Below, piece after piece: positions 62,601 to 64,000 of a stretch of DNA of 64,000 nucleotides. A program made the position numbers and the translations under genes. The DNA comes from Dimorphilus gyrociliatus (lineage: Eukaryota > Animalia > Annelida). The stretch spans positions 3,231,404-3,295,403 of the forward strand of contig CAJFCJ010000007.1 of assembly GCA_904063045.1 (NCBI GenBank), written 5' to 3'. Below the pieces are notes generated by a model that saw only the letters and a list, made by a program, of their open reading frames with translations, searched no databases and was not told where the DNA came from. Positions within the stretch are counted from its first letter, which is position 1; every line of letters begins with the position of its first letter.

Positions 62601-62772
62601 CTATCTGTGCGTTTGTATGTTCACATAGTTCGACCACTCCTGTAAAAAATAAAGTTGTTTTCGACAAGTTTGATAAAATAATTGAATAAAAATTCATGTT
62701 TTTACCACAGTAAACACATTTGAAACTTAGAAGAGAAAGAAAAATAAACTTGAAGCTAAACATAGCATTCAT
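53687..62772 (-). CDS. Large type I membrane protein: signal peptide, Caspr-type fibrinogen-like module, sushi, C-type lectin, 2 sushi, second Caspr-type module, EGF, sushi, second C-type lectin, long sushi array, TM, cytoplasmic tail
   Basis: Signal MNAMFSFKFIFLSLLSFKCVYCG. Motifs DCQEYHDNG..FTIDPDGPEG..FQVFC and PCLCD..G..EKLPV (Caspr-like), CTL WCPSGFSAYKGQCY..KWHVADCSTLVPFLCK, and EGF CANGGTCVP..CYCMPTYTGHDC. About 25-30 CCP repeats by manual count. TM VAVTMLVVTFGSLVLVDIL. All introns can be explained as GT-AG. Confidence 0.85.
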
Positions 62773-63079
62773 CTATTAAGCTCCAACAGATGAGTGAACC
62801 ATGAAAAACTTTTCTATGCAATGAATTAATAATGAGTATGTGACTCTCTCCAATAATCAATTATCAATGATAAATATAAATCTACTACTCTATAGAAAAA
62901 GAATCTCTTTCTCTCAAGGCTTCATTTATTGAAGATAGCTTGTAATCAGTAAAATTTCTAATTTTCTTGCTTTAGAATTTTTTGTATTCTTACAAAGAAA
63001 ATAATAAATAATATTTTATAAATATTTATTAAAATTTAGAAAATATAAAGGTCTCTTTTCAATTCTATTGCTTTGTATT

Positions 63080-63120
<41 letters not shown>

Positions 63121-64000
63121 TCCAATGGAAGAGCAGTGATCATTGAAATTAACTGCTTATTGATCCTAATTTACAAATACATCAAATATGTTGATTCCTT
63201 TGTGAGTATGAGCATATTATTGGAGAAGTGTTCTACATTCTCTTTGTTCGCTATAAGTAAAAATACGATAAAGTGATATATTAAACCGTGTTATAAACGT
63301 TTTCTAATCAGACTAAAGACTAAAGAGCATATCTGATACAAAAAAAACCAGAAAGGGAATAGAAATTAATAAGGATTACACTTTAAGTCCTTCGAATTTT
63401 TTCCTCATTAATTATTAACCGAGATGATAAATGCATAGAAAAAGACAAATAAATTCAATCTGTATTTGCTACAAGTATATAAAATAAACATATGAAATGA
63501 TAGAAATGATGATCATCCTTTGTCTGAAAATGATCATGTAAGTCAGCAAACTGTAAAAGATCTTACATTACAATCAAAACTTCTTATAGTTTATAGAAAA
63601 AACATTTATAATAGTTTTGATTATTGGTCTCGTATCTAGTGTATTTTTATACTTTTATTGAACAGTCCTATATCATTTAACATGTTCAAAAAGAATTCAA
63701 TTCGCCAAAAAAATATTCCAGACTATAATTAGCTCAATCACCTCATCCTTCTTTTATTTACCCTACTATTTATTATGTCTTACATTTTTATCGTTTTCTT
63801 TTGTCTCTCTTTTTCTTCATCACCGACTTTCAATAATTCTTATTGGTAAGTATAGAACAGAAAGAATCGATCATTTTCGTTCTAGCTCATACTTTTTCAC
63901 CTAGAAAAAACAAGTTACAATGGCTTTCTATAAATAAACTTGTGGGACAGCAATTTATTAATTGTTCATAAAGATTTTACCAAAAGTGAATGATATCATC

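Noticed and set aside
63120-63850. Stop-interrupted frames at the window end resembling a pseudogene
   Set aside because: There is about one stop per 11 codons in the first part, which matches random expectation at this AT content. The stop-poor second part is pyrimidine-biased low complexity with no motif.
1-64000. tRNA, rRNA, snRNA, CRISPR arrays, U12-type introns and intact transposons
   Set aside because: The GTTCGA-like hits I noticed all lie inside coding exons. I saw no repeat-spacer arrays, no RTATCCTT donors at intron starts, and no transposase/RT motifs or terminal repeats. A covariance-model and repeat-library search would be needed to exclude divergent elements.

Overview
This is eukaryotic, AT-rich, gene-dense DNA with mostly ~50-130 nt spliceosomal introns, from a compact invertebrate (bilaterian) genome. 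The intron sizes and protein repertoire suggest a lophotrochozoan such as a miniaturised annelid; this is inference only. About 14 protein-coding genes can be assembled by hand across introns: the 3' half of threonyl-tRNA synthetase, ALG12, four tandem theta/delta-like GSTs, an atrophin/RERE gene lacking a BAH domain, a mosaic type II transmembrane serine protease (Fz, LDLa, MAM, SRCR-like, trypsin-like, LDLa), site-2 protease MBTPS2, ISWI, ZCCHC9, separase, a large secreted VWA/FCGBP-N-like/EGF protein, and a large type I membrane protein with two C-type lectins, two Caspr-type fibrinogen-like modules, an EGF and roughly 25-30 sushi domains. I found no tRNA, rRNA, CRISPR array or intact mobile element. 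I walked the splice junctions of all genes by hand, and all but one can be explained by GT-AG. The most notable observations are: (1) one intron in the protease Fz domain whose best donor is AAG|GAAAGC, a candidate GA-AG intron; (2) a GTG in a near-perfect Kozak context at the point where RERE homology begins; (3) an unusual VWA plus four FCGBP-N-like repeat architecture; (4) repeated CTCF-like motifs at the GST cluster; (5) a paired E-box/CCAAT module upstream of site-2 protease; and (6) a promoter-like motif cluster inside a RERE intron. All gene models are manual and need RNA-seq confirmation.
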